A stretch of DNA of 47,371 bases from Gammaproteobacteria bacterium (GTDB lineage: Bacteria; Pseudomonadota; Gammaproteobacteria; SZUA-152), in NCBI GenBank assembly GCA_011371455.1, contig DRQN01000006.1, positions 1-47,371 on the forward strand. Direction: 5' to 3'. Of the stretch, positions 9,748-21,297 are shown piece after piece (the first letter of the stretch is position 1; every line of letters starts with the position of its first letter). The notes under the pieces were generated by a model. That model was not told where the DNA came from and ran no database searches. It was given only the letters and a program-made list of their open reading frames with translations. A program made the position numbers and the translations under genes.

Positions 9748-10106
9748 CGTTTTACCAATCGGCGCCAGTGGCGATTCAGGGAATGCAGCAGGCCGGGGTT
9801 GCTTGAGTCATGGGTGGCATGGCGGCTGAGCACCACGATGTCCAGGCCGGCCAGCTGTTGCCGATGACGGCGAAAACTTTCGCGCACCAACCGCTTGACA
9901 CGATTTCTTCCAACGGCGGTCTTGACGTTGCGCTTGCTGATGGCCAACCCGAGGCGTGGATAGTCACGGCCATTGGGTGTTGCCAGCACGAGCAGGTTTT
10001 CATCCACGGATTTGCACCGGGTGTCATCGAAAACACGCTGGAAGTCCTCCCGGCTCAGCAGTCTCAGCCGGCGGGGAAACCCCTGGGGCCTGGCAGACGC
10101 CGTGAT
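9723..10106 (-). CDS. rnpA: Ribonuclease P protein component RnpA (5' end uncertain)
   Basis: The RNase P protein motif ([12 protein letters not shown]) is present. The track ORF starts at GTG 10007, but the same frame is open upstream and encodes [24 protein letters not shown], which matches the conserved RnpA N-terminus. No ATG, GTG or TTG is available upstream in that frame. The coordinate 10106 is an in-frame ATC and is only a guess. Confidence 0.85.
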   Translation of the reverse strand: MTASARPQGFPRRLRLLSREDFQRVFDDTRCKSVDENLLVLATPNGRDYPRLGLAISKRNVKTAVGRNRVKRLVRESFRRHRQQLAGLDIVVLSRHATHDSSNPGLLHSLNRHWRRLVKRCANSSSS

Positions 10107-10153
10107 CGGTTCAGAGCACTGATCCGCGTCCGCCGGCCACGTTTTTCCCTGGC

Positions 10154-10288
10154 TCAGGCACTCAGCCTCTTACGGCCCTTGGCGCGACGCGCATTGATGA
10201 TCTTGCGGCCGGCCTTGGTGCTCATGCGGGCACGAAAACCGTGGGTGCGCTTGCGACGAATATTGCTGGGTTGAAAGGTACGTTTCAT
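10154..10288 (-). CDS. rpmH: 50S ribosomal protein L34
   Basis: [44 protein letters not shown] (44 aa) from the internal ATG at 10288. The longer track ORF (to 10411) is an artefactual extension. Confidence 0.97.
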   Translation of the reverse strand: MKRTFQPSNIRRKRTHGFRARMSTKAGRKIINARRAKGRKRLSA

Positions 10289-10403
10289 GGCCTTTTCCGT
10301 GTGTTGGTTGCGGACGGATGCTCCGCCGGCGAATTCATTAAAAAGCGGCGCAGAATACTGTGCCGGGCCCCGATTTGTCAAGAAATATCCCTGTTTGGGA
10401 CGC

Positions 10404-10424
10404 TTATCCAAGGGTGTGGATAAC
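10404..10424. promoter_or_regulatory. Convergent DnaA-box pair in the dnaA upstream region
   Basis: TTATCCAAG (7/9) and TGTGGATAA (a perfect reverse complement of TTATCCACA) are separated by 3 nt, forming a TTATCCA...TGGATAA inverted repeat about 85 nt upstream of the dnaA ATG. Confidence 0.7.
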
Positions 10425-10508
10425 TTGATTCCAGCGGTATAAACTTGCGTCTCTACGCGCGCGCCATCCGGCGCCCTTTGTTTGGGGAATTTCCGTGAGT
10501 CTCAGGCC

Positions 10509-11858
10509 ATGAGCACCTGGCAGCAATGCCTCGACTATCTCGAGGGAGAACTATCCCCGCAGCAGTTCAATACCTGGATTCGCCCCCTGCAAGTGGTGGA
10601 GGATGAACAGACCCTGCGCCTGCTGGCACCCAACCGGTTCGTCGCCGACTGGGTCTCCGAGCGTTTTCTCGACCAGATTCAGGGCTTCGTCTGCCAAAAG
10701 AAGGAAGACGCCGGCTTCGAAGTGATCCTCGAGATCGGCGCTTCCACGCCGCCGGCAAGCCGCACTACCACTCCCAAGGCCGACCCGGCGGCGGGCAGCG
10801 CAGGCAGAAAACGCGAACACAATACCTCGGTGGTGCACAGCAGTGGCCTCAATCCCGATGCCACCTTTGAAAACTTCGTCGAGGGCAAGTCCAACCAGCT
10901 GGCGCGCGCCGCCTCGTTCCAGATCGGCGAAAATCCCGGCGGCGCCTACAACCCGCTGTTCATCTATGGCGGTGTCGGTCTCGGCAAGACCCACCTGATG
11001 CATGCCGTGGGCAATCTTATCGTAAAGCAGAATCCCGGCGCCAAGGTGGTCTACCTGCATTCGGAGCGCTTCGTGCAGGATATGGTCAAGGCCTTGCAGC
11101 ACAACGCCATCGATGAATTCAAGCGCTTTTACCGCTCGGTCAATGCGCTACTCATCGACGACATCCAGTTCTTCGCCGGCAAGGAGCGTTCCCAGGAAGA
11201 GTTCTTCCACACCTTCAATGCCCTGCTGGAGGGACAGCAACAGATCATCCTCACCTGCGACCGCTATCCGAAGGAGGTCTCAGGCCTGGAGGAACGCCTC
11301 AAGTCCCGCTTCGGCTGGGGGCTGACCGTAGCCATCGAGCCGCCGGAGCTGGAGACCCGTGTCGCCATCCTCATGAGCAAGGCCGTGCAGCTGAAGATCG
11401 ACCTGCCCCAGGACGTGGCCTTTTTCATTGCCAAGCGCATCCGCTCGAATATCCGCGAGCTGGAGGGCGCGCTGCGACGCGTGTCCGCCAACGCACGCTT
11501 TACCGGCCAGCCCATCACCGTCGACTTCACCAAGGATGCGCTGAAAGATCTGATTGCCCTGCAGGAAAAACTGGTTACCATCGAGAATATTCAGAAGACA
11601 GTGGCGGAATATTATAAGATCCGGGTATCCGAGCTGCTGTCGAAGCGGCGCAACCGCTCCATTGCGCGCCCGCGACAGATCGCCATGGCCCTGTCCAAGG
11701 AGCTGACCAACCACAGTCTGCCGGAAATCGGTGATGCCTTCGGCGGCCGCGATCACACCACGGTGCTGCATGCCTGCCGCAAGATCGAGGAACTCAAGAT
11801 CAGCGAGGTCAGGATCATGGAGGATTATTCAAACCTGGTCAGAACCCTGTCGAGTTGA
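10509..11858 (+). CDS. dnaA: Chromosomal replication initiator DnaA
   Basis: [28 protein letters not shown]-domain, AAA+ Walker [11 protein letters not shown], and C-terminal DNA-binding domain (...[16 protein letters not shown]). I prefer the ATG at 10509 to the TTG at 10482. Confidence 0.97.
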   Translation: MSTWQQCLDYLEGELSPQQFNTWIRPLQVVEDEQTLRLLAPNRFVADWVSERFLDQIQGFVCQKKEDAGFEVILEIGASTPPASRTTTPKADPAAGSAGRKREHNTSVVHSSGLNPDATFENFVEGKSNQLARAASFQIGENPGGAYNPLFIYGGVGLGKTHLMHAVGNLIVKQNPGAKVVYLHSERFVQDMVKALQHNAIDEFKRFYRSVNALLIDDIQFFAGKERSQEEFFHTFNALLEGQQQIILTCDRYPKEVSGLEERLKSRFGWGLTVAIEPPELETRVAILMSKAVQLKIDLPQDVAFFIAKRIRSNIRELEGALRRVSANARFTGQPITVDFTKDALKDLIALQEKLVTIENIQKTVAEYYKIRVSELLSKRRNRSIARPRQIAMALSKELTNHSLPEIGDAFGGRDHTTVLHACRKIEELKISEVRIMEDYSNLVRTLSS

Positions 11859-12088
11859 TGGGGATGAGCTGTGGATAAGTTGGTTGAAACTGAAAACAGA
11901 CAAAGCATTCACATTTTGTCCACAGCTTGTACCGCGTATTCAAGCGGGCTTATCCGGTACTTATCGTGAGTTACAACCAATTGAAATATATAGATAAATA
12001 CAGGTTATCCACAGGACACTGGATGACTAATAACAGTAATAACAAGTTTTTCTTAATAATATAAATATTAAGTAACAGGACGATTGAT
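11859..12088. promoter_or_regulatory. Candidate oriC / DnaA-box cluster with an AT-rich unwinding-like region in the dnaA-dnaN spacer
   Basis: Perfect DnaA boxes sit at 11870..11878 (TGTGGATAA) and 12005..12013 (TTATCCACA). An 8/9 box (TTGTCCACA) is at 11916..11924 and a 7/9 box (TTATCCGGT) at 11950..11958. A very AT-rich stretch at 11975..12075 carries tandem TAATAACA x2 (12028..12045) and the inverted repeat CTTAATA/TATTAAG (12052..12072). Confidence 0.55.
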
Positions 12089-13201
12089 ATGAAATTTTCG
12101 ATCCAACGAGAATCCATCCTGAAACCCCTGCAGATCATTACCGGGGTGGTGGAGCGTCGTCAGACCTTGCCGGTACTGTCCAACCTGCTGCTCAGCGTCA
12201 GCAGTGACAGGGTGTCCATGACGACGACGGATCTGGAAGTGGAAATGATAGCCAGCGTTCCCCTCAATGGTGCCGAAGCCGGTGACGGTGACATCACGCT
12301 GCCTGCACGTAAGTTGGTGGACATCTGCAAAGCCTTGCCCGAGGGTGCGCAAATCGACATCGTTTACGATGAGGAAAAGGAACGGGCAATCATCAAGTCC
12401 GGACGCAGCCGCTTCAATCTGGCTACCCTGCCGGTCAGCGAGTTTCCCAATATCGAGGAGGTCAAGGGCGTATTCGAGTTCCAGGTACCACAAAAGGTAC
12501 TCAAGCAACTGATCGAGAAGACCGCCTTTGCCATGGCGCAACAAGACGTGCGCTATTATCTGAACGGCCTTCTTCTCGAGGTCGACAGCGGCATGGTTCG
12601 TACCGTGGCCACCGATGGTCACCGCCTGGCCATCTGCGAGCACGAGGCCGACGTCAGTCCAGGGGAGAAAATCCAGGTCATCCTGCCCCGAAAGGGCGTC
12701 ATGGAGCTGGCCCGGCTGCTGTCTGACAGCGATGAACCCGTCAAGGTCATGGTCGGCAACAATCACCTGAGCATGGTACTTGAGGACTATGCTTTTACCT
12801 CCAAACTCATCGATGGCAAGTTTCCTGATTATCAGCGCGTGATTCCGCGTGATTCCGACAAGGACGTGACCGCCGATCATGAACTGTTAAAGCAGGCGCT
12901 GGTGCGTACCTCCATTCTTTCCAACGAGAAATACCGCGGCATCCGGCTGCGTCTGCAGGATGGCCTGATCCAGGCGCAGGCAAACAATCCGGAGATGGAA
13001 GAGGCCGAAGAAGAGATCGAGGTGCAGTACACGGGCCCCAAGCTGGAGATCGGCTTCAACGTGAGTTACCTGCTGGACGCGCTCAATGTCATCGATACGC
13101 CCAATGTGACCCTGGCCCTGGGTGACGCCAATAGCAGCTGCGTGATGCGACCAGAGGGTCAGACGGCCTGCACCTACGTCATCATGCCGATGCGCCTATA
13201 G
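12089..13201 (+). CDS. dnaN: DNA polymerase III beta sliding clamp
   Basis: 370 aa starting MKFSIQRESILKPLQIITGVVERRQTLPVLSNLLL and ending ...YVIMPMRL, both typical of DnaN. Confidence 0.97.
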   Translation: MKFSIQRESILKPLQIITGVVERRQTLPVLSNLLLSVSSDRVSMTTTDLEVEMIASVPLNGAEAGDGDITLPARKLVDICKALPEGAQIDIVYDEEKERAIIKSGRSRFNLATLPVSEFPNIEEVKGVFEFQVPQKVLKQLIEKTAFAMAQQDVRYYLNGLLLEVDSGMVRTVATDGHRLAICEHEADVSPGEKIQVILPRKGVMELARLLSDSDEPVKVMVGNNHLSMVLEDYAFTSKLIDGKFPDYQRVIPRDSDKDVTADHELLKQALVRTSILSNEKYRGIRLRLQDGLIQAQANNPEMEEAEEEIEVQYTGPKLEIGFNVSYLLDALNVIDTPNVTLALGDANSSCVMRPEGQTACTYVIMPMRL

Positions 13202-13217
13202 TCTTTTTTCGCCAGCG

Positions 13218-14303
13218 ATGGGGCTGATTCAGCTCAATGTTTCCAACCTCCGGAACATCACCCAGGCCACGCTGAGTCCGCACCCGGCCTTCAATCTGAT
13301 CACTGGCGCCAACGGCAGTGGCAAGACCAGCCTGCTGGAGGCCATTTATTTTCTGGGTCGGGGCCGTTCCTTCAAGACCTCGAACAGCGAAAAACTGATC
13401 CAGAAAGGCAAACACGAACTCACCATCAGCGGGCGAATTCGCCTGAAGGAACGCGAATTCCAGCTGGGTATCCAACGTGCCGGCAAGCGAACTCGCATTC
13501 GCCTTGCGGGTCAAACCATCACCAGGGCCAGCCAGCTCACCGAAGCCTTACCCATCCAGATTATCGAGCCCGGCCTGCACGCCTTTTTCGAGCAGGGTCC
13601 GGAAATCCGGCGGCGTTTCCTCGAATGGGGTGTGTTCCACGTGGAACCACGCTATGAACAGGTCTGGCGCAATTACCGCCGGGCCTTGCAGCAGCGCAAT
13701 GCGGCGCTGAAGGCCGGCTGGCGCCAATCCGCCATCGGGCAGTGGGACGCGCTGCTGGTGGAATCGGCCCGGCTCGTCGACACCTATCGCCAGGTCTATG
13801 TGGAGAGGATCGAGGCCTTTCTGAAAGAATTTCCTGAGCGGGAGCGGATCGGCTTCATGAAAGGCATGGCGATGGATTACTACCCTGGCTGGAAGCAAGG
13901 CGCGGACCTTGGTGAAGTGTTAGCGGCATCGTTGGATTCGGATCGTGTGCGTGGATTCACCCAATCGGGGCCGCATCGTGCGGATATACGTTTCAAGATG
14001 TCGGGAGAGCGGGGCAGGGACGTGCTCTCCCGGGGCCAGCAAAAGCTGTTTATCAGCCTGCTCTTCTTGGCCCAGTCGATCCTGCTACGGGAGCTGACAG
14101 GCAAGGATTCATTGATCCTCATCGATGACCTTGCGGCAGAACTGGATGAAAGCTCGCGGGCTACGCTGGTGAGCGTGCTGCTGTCCACGGGCAGTCAGGT
14201 TTTTATCACTGCGACCACCCTCGATATGTTGGCTGGCTTGCAGGATGACTTACCCCACGCCCTGTTCCACGTGGAACACGGCAATGTTGAACAGGTGGTA
14301 TAA
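13218..14303 (+). CDS. recF: DNA replication and repair protein RecF
   Basis: 361 aa with Walker A GANGSGKTSLLEA, the signature SRGQQKL and Walker B LILIDDLAAELD. Confidence 0.96.
   Translation: MGLIQLNVSNLRNITQATLSPHPAFNLITGANGSGKTSLLEAIYFLGRGRSFKTSNSEKLIQKGKHELTISGRIRLKEREFQLGIQRAGKRTRIRLAGQTITRASQLTEALPIQIIEPGLHAFFEQGPEIRRRFLEWGVFHVEPRYEQVWRNYRRALQQRNAALKAGWRQSAIGQWDALLVESARLVDTYRQVYVERIEAFLKEFPERERIGFMKGMAMDYYPGWKQGADLGEVLAASLDSDRVRGFTQSGPHRADIRFKMSGERGRDVLSRGQQKLFISLLFLAQSILLRELTGKDSLILIDDLAAELDESSRATLVSVLLSTGSQVFITATTLDMLAGLQDDLPHALFHVEHGNVEQVV
13633..13648. promoter_or_regulatory. parS-like ParB-binding site (TGTTCCACGTGGAACC)
   Basis: 14/16 match to the parS consensus TGTTNCACGTGAAACA and 15/16 to the palindrome at 14263..14278. 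It lies inside recF, over the codons for VFHVEP. Confidence 0.55.
14263..14278. promoter_or_regulatory. parS-like ParB-binding site, a perfect 16-bp palindrome (TGTTCCACGTGGAACA)
   Basis: 15/16 match to the consensus TGTTNCACGTGAAACA and perfectly palindromic. It lies in the recF 3' end, about 2.2-2.4 kb from the DnaA-box cluster (11870..12013). Confidence 0.65.
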
Positions 14304-14319
14304 TGCGCCATTTCAGTGA

Positions 14320-16773
<2,454 letters not shown>

Positions 16774-16813
16774 CCACAATGTGAGCGCTCACTCTTTCCG
16801 TGGCGCAAAAGAA

Positions 16814-16845
16814 AAGGCGGTCACCGCAAGGTGATCGCCTTTTCT
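16814..16845. terminator. Bidirectional rho-independent terminator between convergent gyrB and fbp
   Basis: AAGGCGGTCACC-GCAA-GGTGATCGCCTT forms a 12-bp stem with one G-U pair. It is preceded by an A-rich tract (AAAAGAAAA) and followed by TTTTCT. Confidence 0.75.
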
Positions 16846-16870
16846 CATTCAGCGCCTATGTCAGGCTTTG

Positions 16871-16898
16871 CAGCACTCAGCACTCAGCACTCAGCACT
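16871..16898. repeat. Heptanucleotide tandem repeat (CAGCACT) x4
   Basis: Four exact consecutive copies sit 5 nt from the fbp stop codon. The related inverted units at 5881..5940 belong to the same motif. Confidence 0.85.
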
Positions 16899-16903
16899 AT
16901 CTT

Positions 16904-17911
16904 TTACCCTTCCTTGTGATACTCGATCACGCGCTCGACCTCGTTCTTCGAGCCGAGGATCACCGGCACGCGCTGATGCAGGCCCTCGGGCTGGATTTCC
17001 ATGATGCGCTCACGGCCCGTGGAGCACAGCCCGCCGGCCTGCTCGACAACGAAGCCCATGGGATTGGCCTCGTACATCAGGCGCAGCTTGCCGGGCTTGC
17101 TGGGATCCCGGGTGTCCTTGGGATACATGAAGATGCCGCCGCGGGTGAGGATGCGGTACACCTCGGCGACCATGGAGGCTACCCAGCGCATGTTGAAATC
17201 CTTGCCGCGCGGACCCGTGGTGCCGGCCAGGCACTCGTCGATGTAGCGCTGCATGGGGGCTTCCCAGTGACGCTGGTTGGACATGTTGATGGCGAACTCG
17301 GCGGTATCCTCGGGGATGGTCATGTTGGGGTGAGTAAGAATGAACTCGCCGACGTTGTGGTCCAGGGTGAAGCCGTTGACGCCGTTGCCGGTGGTCAGCA
17401 CCAGCATGGTGGACGGGCCATAGAGGGTAAAACCGCCGCAGACCTGCTCGGTGCCGGGCTGCAGGAAGTCTTCCGCAGTGGGATTTTCGACGCCCTCGGG
17501 GCAGCGCAGGATGGAGAAGATGCTGCCCACGGACAGGTTGACGTCGATGTTGCTGGAGCCGTCCAGCGGGTCGAAGGTCAGCAGGTACTTGCCCTTGGGG
17601 TATTCCGGCGGGATCGGGTAGATGTCGTCCATCTCTTCGGAGGCCATGGCCGCCAGGTGGCCGCCCCACTGATTGGCCTTGAGGAAGATGTCGTTGGAGA
17701 GGATATCGAGCTTCTTCTGGGTCTCGCCCTGGATGTTCTCGCTTCCGGCTGAACCCAGCACACCGACCAACGCGCCCTGGTTCACACAGCTGGAAATCGC
17801 CTTGCAGGCGGTGACAACGTCGTTCAGCAAGGCCGTAAAATCGCCAGACGCATTCTTCGTGCCGCGCTGTTCTTCGATGATGAATTGGGTAAAGGTTTCA
17901 CCAGTGTGCAT
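16904..17911 (-). CDS. fbp: Class 1 fructose-1,6-bisphosphatase
   Basis: 335 aa; [16 protein letters not shown]...[10 protein letters not shown]...[18 protein letters not shown]...[13 protein letters not shown] are typical FBPase class 1 motifs. Confidence 0.96.
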   Translation of the reverse strand: MHTGETFTQFIIEEQRGTKNASGDFTALLNDVVTACKAISSCVNQGALVGVLGSAGSENIQGETQKKLDILSNDIFLKANQWGGHLAAMASEEMDDIYPIPPEYPKGKYLLTFDPLDGSSNIDVNLSVGSIFSILRCPEGVENPTAEDFLQPGTEQVCGGFTLYGPSTMLVLTTGNGVNGFTLDHNVGEFILTHPNMTIPEDTAEFAINMSNQRHWEAPMQRYIDECLAGTTGPRGKDFNMRWVASMVAEVYRILTRGGIFMYPKDTRDPSKPGKLRLMYEANPMGFVVEQAGGLCSTGRERIMEIQPEGLHQRVPVILGSKNEVERVIEYHKEG

Positions 17912-18104
17912 AATAGTTTCCTAGTTTCAGGGAGCCGCAAAACCGCGCATCATAGCAGATTTCTCTCTATTTCTAAATGGATAGTCAGGCTTGCGGAGAG
18001 CATCCGGTTGCCAGCATCCTATATAGTCCTTAGCATGGTGGCCATTTTTACCAGCGCGGCCTTGGCTGCGCTGTCCTTTAAGGATTGGATTCAGAGTTGA
18101 AAAA

Positions 18105-19034
18105 ATGACCGAAATCGTTCGTATCGCCACCCGCAAGAGTCCCCTGGCCCTATGGCAGGCCGAATTCGTCCGCGACCGCCTGTTGGCCAAATATCCGGAT
18201 TTACAGGTAGAACTGGTGAAGATGGTCACCCAGGGCGACAAGATTCTCGATACCCCCCTGGCCAAGGTGGGCGGCAAGGGGCTGTTCGTCAAGGAGCTGG
18301 AGCAGGGCATGCTGCGCGGCGACGCCGACATCGCCGTGCATTCCATGAAGGACGTGCCGGTGGAATTCCCCGAGGGTCTGCACCTGGCGGTGATCTGCGA
18401 GCGTGAGGATCCGCGCGACGCCTTCGTTTCCAATAGCTACGCCAGCATCGACGAGCTGCCGCAGGGCGCCCGGGTCGGCACCTCCAGCCTGCGCCGCCAG
18501 TGCCAGCTGCGCGCCGCACGCCCCGATCTCGACATCCTCGACCTGCGCGGTAACGTCAATACCCGCCTGCGCAAGCTCGACGAAGGTGACTATGACGCCA
18601 TCATCCTCGCCAGCGCCGGGCTCAAGCGCCTCGGTTTCGAAGACCGCATCCGCAGCTGCCTGAGCACCGAGCAGAGCCTGCCGGCCATTGGCCAGGGCGC
18701 CGTGGGTATCGAGACGCGCAGCGACGACGATCGCATCCACGAACTCATTGCCCACCTCAACCACGGCCACACCCAGACCTGCGTGCTGGCCGAGCGCGCC
18801 ATGAACCACCGTCTCGAAGGTGGCTGCCAGGTGCCCATCGCCGGCTTCGCTGAACTGGATGGCGAGCGTCTGCGTATGCGCGGACTGGTGGGGCGTCCCG
18901 ATGGCCGGGAAGTCATTCGTGGTGAAATCGAAGGCCCGGCGGCGGAGGCCGAAAAACTTGGTACGGCCTTGGCCGACGACCTGCTGGCGCGTGGCGCCGG
19001 GGTGATACTCAAAGCGGTCTATGCCGATGCATGA
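18105..19034 (+). CDS. hemC: Hydroxymethylbilane synthase (porphobilinogen deaminase)
   Basis: 309 aa; [18 protein letters not shown]...[23 protein letters not shown]...TRLRKL are typical HemC motifs. Confidence 0.97.
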   Translation: MTEIVRIATRKSPLALWQAEFVRDRLLAKYPDLQVELVKMVTQGDKILDTPLAKVGGKGLFVKELEQGMLRGDADIAVHSMKDVPVEFPEGLHLAVICEREDPRDAFVSNSYASIDELPQGARVGTSSLRRQCQLRAARPDLDILDLRGNVNTRLRKLDEGDYDAIILASAGLKRLGFEDRIRSCLSTEQSLPAIGQGAVGIETRSDDDRIHELIAHLNHGHTQTCVLAERAMNHRLEGGCQVPIAGFAELDGERLRMRGLVGRPDGREVIRGEIEGPAAEAEKLGTALADDLLARGAGVILKAVYADA

Positions 19035-19087
19035 TAGCCGTGTCACAAATACAGTAAGTCGGCTTACGGCGAAGTGAGTATTCACTA

Positions 19088-19882
19088 ATGATATTGGCGG
19101 GCACTCCCCACGGCGTACTCGATGGTTTCACCATTGCCGTGACCCGTCCGCTCCACCAGGCAGAAAATTTATGTCGGGCGATCGAAGCGGAGGGCGGCCG
19201 CGCTTTCCGCTTCCCCGTCATCGACATCCTCCCGCCGGCGGACAGGACGCCGCTGCAGTCCCGCCTGCAGGATCTCTCCGCTTACCGGCTCGGCATCTTC
19301 ATCAGCGCCAATGCCGTGCACCACACCTACCAGCTTCGTGACGAAAGGCCACTACCGGAAGGCCTGCTGCGCGCCGCCGTCGGCCAGGCCACGGCGCGGG
19401 CCCTGGCGGTGCACGGTCAGCCGGCCCAGGTTCTGCCGCCGGCGCCCTATAACTCCGAGGCCCTCTTGGCCCTGCCCGAGCTGCGGTTGCTTCAGGGAAA
19501 GCGGGTCATCATCTTCCGAGGCAACCAGGGCCGCACCCTGCTGGCCGACACGCTCCGCGAGCGCGGCGCGCAGGTGGAGCAGGCCGAGGTATACCGCCGT
19601 GTGCCCAGTGACAGTGACCCTGAACCGCTGTACCGGCTCTGGGACGAGGGCAGGCTCGACATGATCATCGTCACCAGCAATGAAGGCCTGCGGAACCTCT
19701 TCGACAGAGTGGATACCGGCTATCGGGAAAAATTGCTGGAGACCCTACTGGTAGTCATCAGTGAACGCAGCGCCACGTTGGCACGGAAACTGGGCTTTGT
19801 GCGCCCGGCGGTCGTTGCCAGTGCGGCCAGTGACGCTGCACTGCTTGAGGCCGCAAAGTGCTATGCGCAGGAATCGAGATGA
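19088..19882 (+). CDS. hemD: Uroporphyrinogen-III synthase
   Basis: 264 aa in the hemC-hemD-hemX-hemY operon context. The sequence is consistent with the duplicated HEM4 domain fold. Confidence 0.88.
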   Translation: MILAGTPHGVLDGFTIAVTRPLHQAENLCRAIEAEGGRAFRFPVIDILPPADRTPLQSRLQDLSAYRLGIFISANAVHHTYQLRDERPLPEGLLRAAVGQATARALAVHGQPAQVLPPAPYNSEALLALPELRLLQGKRVIIFRGNQGRTLLADTLRERGAQVEQAEVYRRVPSDSDPEPLYRLWDEGRLDMIIVTSNEGLRNLFDRVDTGYREKLLETLLVVISERSATLARKLGFVRPAVVASAASDAALLEAAKCYAQESR

Positions 19883-21297
19883 AAAATCAAAGCGATCAAA
19901 ATAATCAGAGCAAGCAAAAGAACGTGCCCGCAAAGCCTGCAAGGGGAAAGGCCGCGAAGGATCCGTCAGTCACCGACGAGCCCGGACAACCGGAGGCTGC
20001 CAGTACGGCAGACAAAGACGCGCCGAAACCCGGCGGCAAGCCGGCGCAGAAGAAGCCCGCGGATGCGCAGGGAAAGAAGTCGCCCGGTGGCAGCGAAAAA
20101 CCGCCCAGCGAGCCGGAAAAAGCGACCGGAAGCAGCAAGGCTGCAAAGAAGCCGGCCAGCGGTGATGAAAAACCGCCCAGCAGTCCCACGGCAAAACCGG
20201 CCGCTGTCGGCGGGGCGGCAGAGAAGAAGGCCTCCGCAGCCGGCCTGTGGATTGGCAGCGCGGCCCTGTTGTTGGCGATCCTGGCGGGACTTGGCGCCTA
20301 CTACCTTTATCTGCAGGGGCAGCAGCAGAGCGCGGCGCTGGAGGAACGCCTGGGTGAGCTGCAGGCGAGCATCGACGGCAACCAATCGAAGATCGCCGCC
20401 CACCAGCAGCAACTGGCACAGTTGGAGGCGTTGAAGCAGCAGATCGATGCGATCCGTGGCGAGGTGGACAGTGCCGCCAGCGTGCGTCAGCGCATCGAGG
20501 CCGAACAACAGGCGATCAATACCCGAATGACGGAGATGGTCGCAACCCTGGGCCGCACCACCCTGGCCTGGCGCCTGGCGGAGGTGGAGTATCTGCTCAT
20601 CGTCGCCAACAGTCGCCTGACCCTGGCACGGGACCTGCGCACCGCATTGGTGGCCCTGCAGACCGCCGACCAGAAACTGCGTGCCATCGGTGATCCCGCC
20701 TTCGTGCCGGTGCGCAAGGCGATTGCCGATGAGATTACCGCCCTGAAGGCGGTGGCCGAACCCGACATCACCGGCATGGCCCTGACCCTGGCCAGCCTCG
20801 CCGGGACGGTGGACAGCCTGCCGTTGCCGAACACCCAGCCCGCGCACAGCTCCACGCCGGCGGTTTCCAACGGCAAGGAAGATTACCAATCCCTGGACTG
20901 GTCCGATATCCCCGGCGCGGTGTGGCGGGATCTGCGCAACCTGGTGGTGGTGCGCCGGGTCGACAAGCCCATCGAGCCCCTGCTGCCGCCCAGCGAAGCG
21001 TGGTATCTGCGGCAGAATCTCGAGCTCAAGCTGGAACAGGCGCGACTCAGCCTGCTGCGCCACGAAACGGCCCTGTATCGTCAGCTATTGAACGAGGCCG
21101 ATGATTGGCTCAAGGCGTACTTCAATACCGAGTCCCGTGCGGTGAAGGGCATGCGGGAATCGCTGCAACAACTGAAACAGGCGGAGTTGCAACCCAACCT
21201 GCCGGATATCAGTGAATCCCTGCGCATCCTGCGCCAACACATCGAAAGCCTCGGCGCGGCAGTCGAGCCCGCGCAGCGCGAAGGCGGTGAACCATGA
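19879..21297 (+). CDS. hemX: HemX-family membrane protein (often annotated as uroporphyrin-III C-methyltransferase)
   Basis: The ATG at 19879 overlaps the hemD stop (ATGA). It has a K/P/A-rich disordered N-terminus, one TM segment (LWIGSAALLLAILAGLGAYYL), a coiled-coil and a conserved HemX C-region. Positioned between hemD and hemY. Confidence 0.88.
   Translation: MKNQSDQNNQSKQKNVPAKPARGKAAKDPSVTDEPGQPEAASTADKDAPKPGGKPAQKKPADAQGKKSPGGSEKPPSEPEKATGSSKAAKKPASGDEKPPSSPTAKPAAVGGAAEKKASAAGLWIGSAALLLAILAGLGAYYLYLQGQQQSAALEERLGELQASIDGNQSKIAAHQQQLAQLEALKQQIDAIRGEVDSAASVRQRIEAEQQAINTRMTEMVATLGRTTLAWRLAEVEYLLIVANSRLTLARDLRTALVALQTADQKLRAIGDPAFVPVRKAIADEITALKAVAEPDITGMALTLASLAGTVDSLPLPNTQPAHSSTPAVSNGKEDYQSLDWSDIPGAVWRDLRNLVVVRRVDKPIEPLLPPSEAWYLRQNLELKLEQARLSLLRHETALYRQLLNEADDWLKAYFNTESRAVKGMRESLQQLKQAELQPNLPDISESLRILRQHIESLGAAVEPAQREGGEP

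Noticed and set aside
10289-10411. Extended 85-aa version of rpmH
   Set aside because: L34 is a conserved ~44-aa protein beginning MKRTFQPS. The upstream extension would run through the rpmH-dnaA spacer that carries the DnaA-box pair at 10404..10424.
12068-12880. 270-aa minus-strand ORF; also 14206..14904, 16105..16779, 16868..17752, 18201..19085 and 26066..27271
   Set aside because: All are antisense to confidently identified genes (dnaN, gyrB, fbp, hemC, MCP).
16871-16898. CRISPR array or other long-repeat structure
   Set aside because: Only short heptamer tandem repeats are present. There is no repeat-spacer architecture anywhere in the window, and I also recognised no tRNA or rRNA genes.
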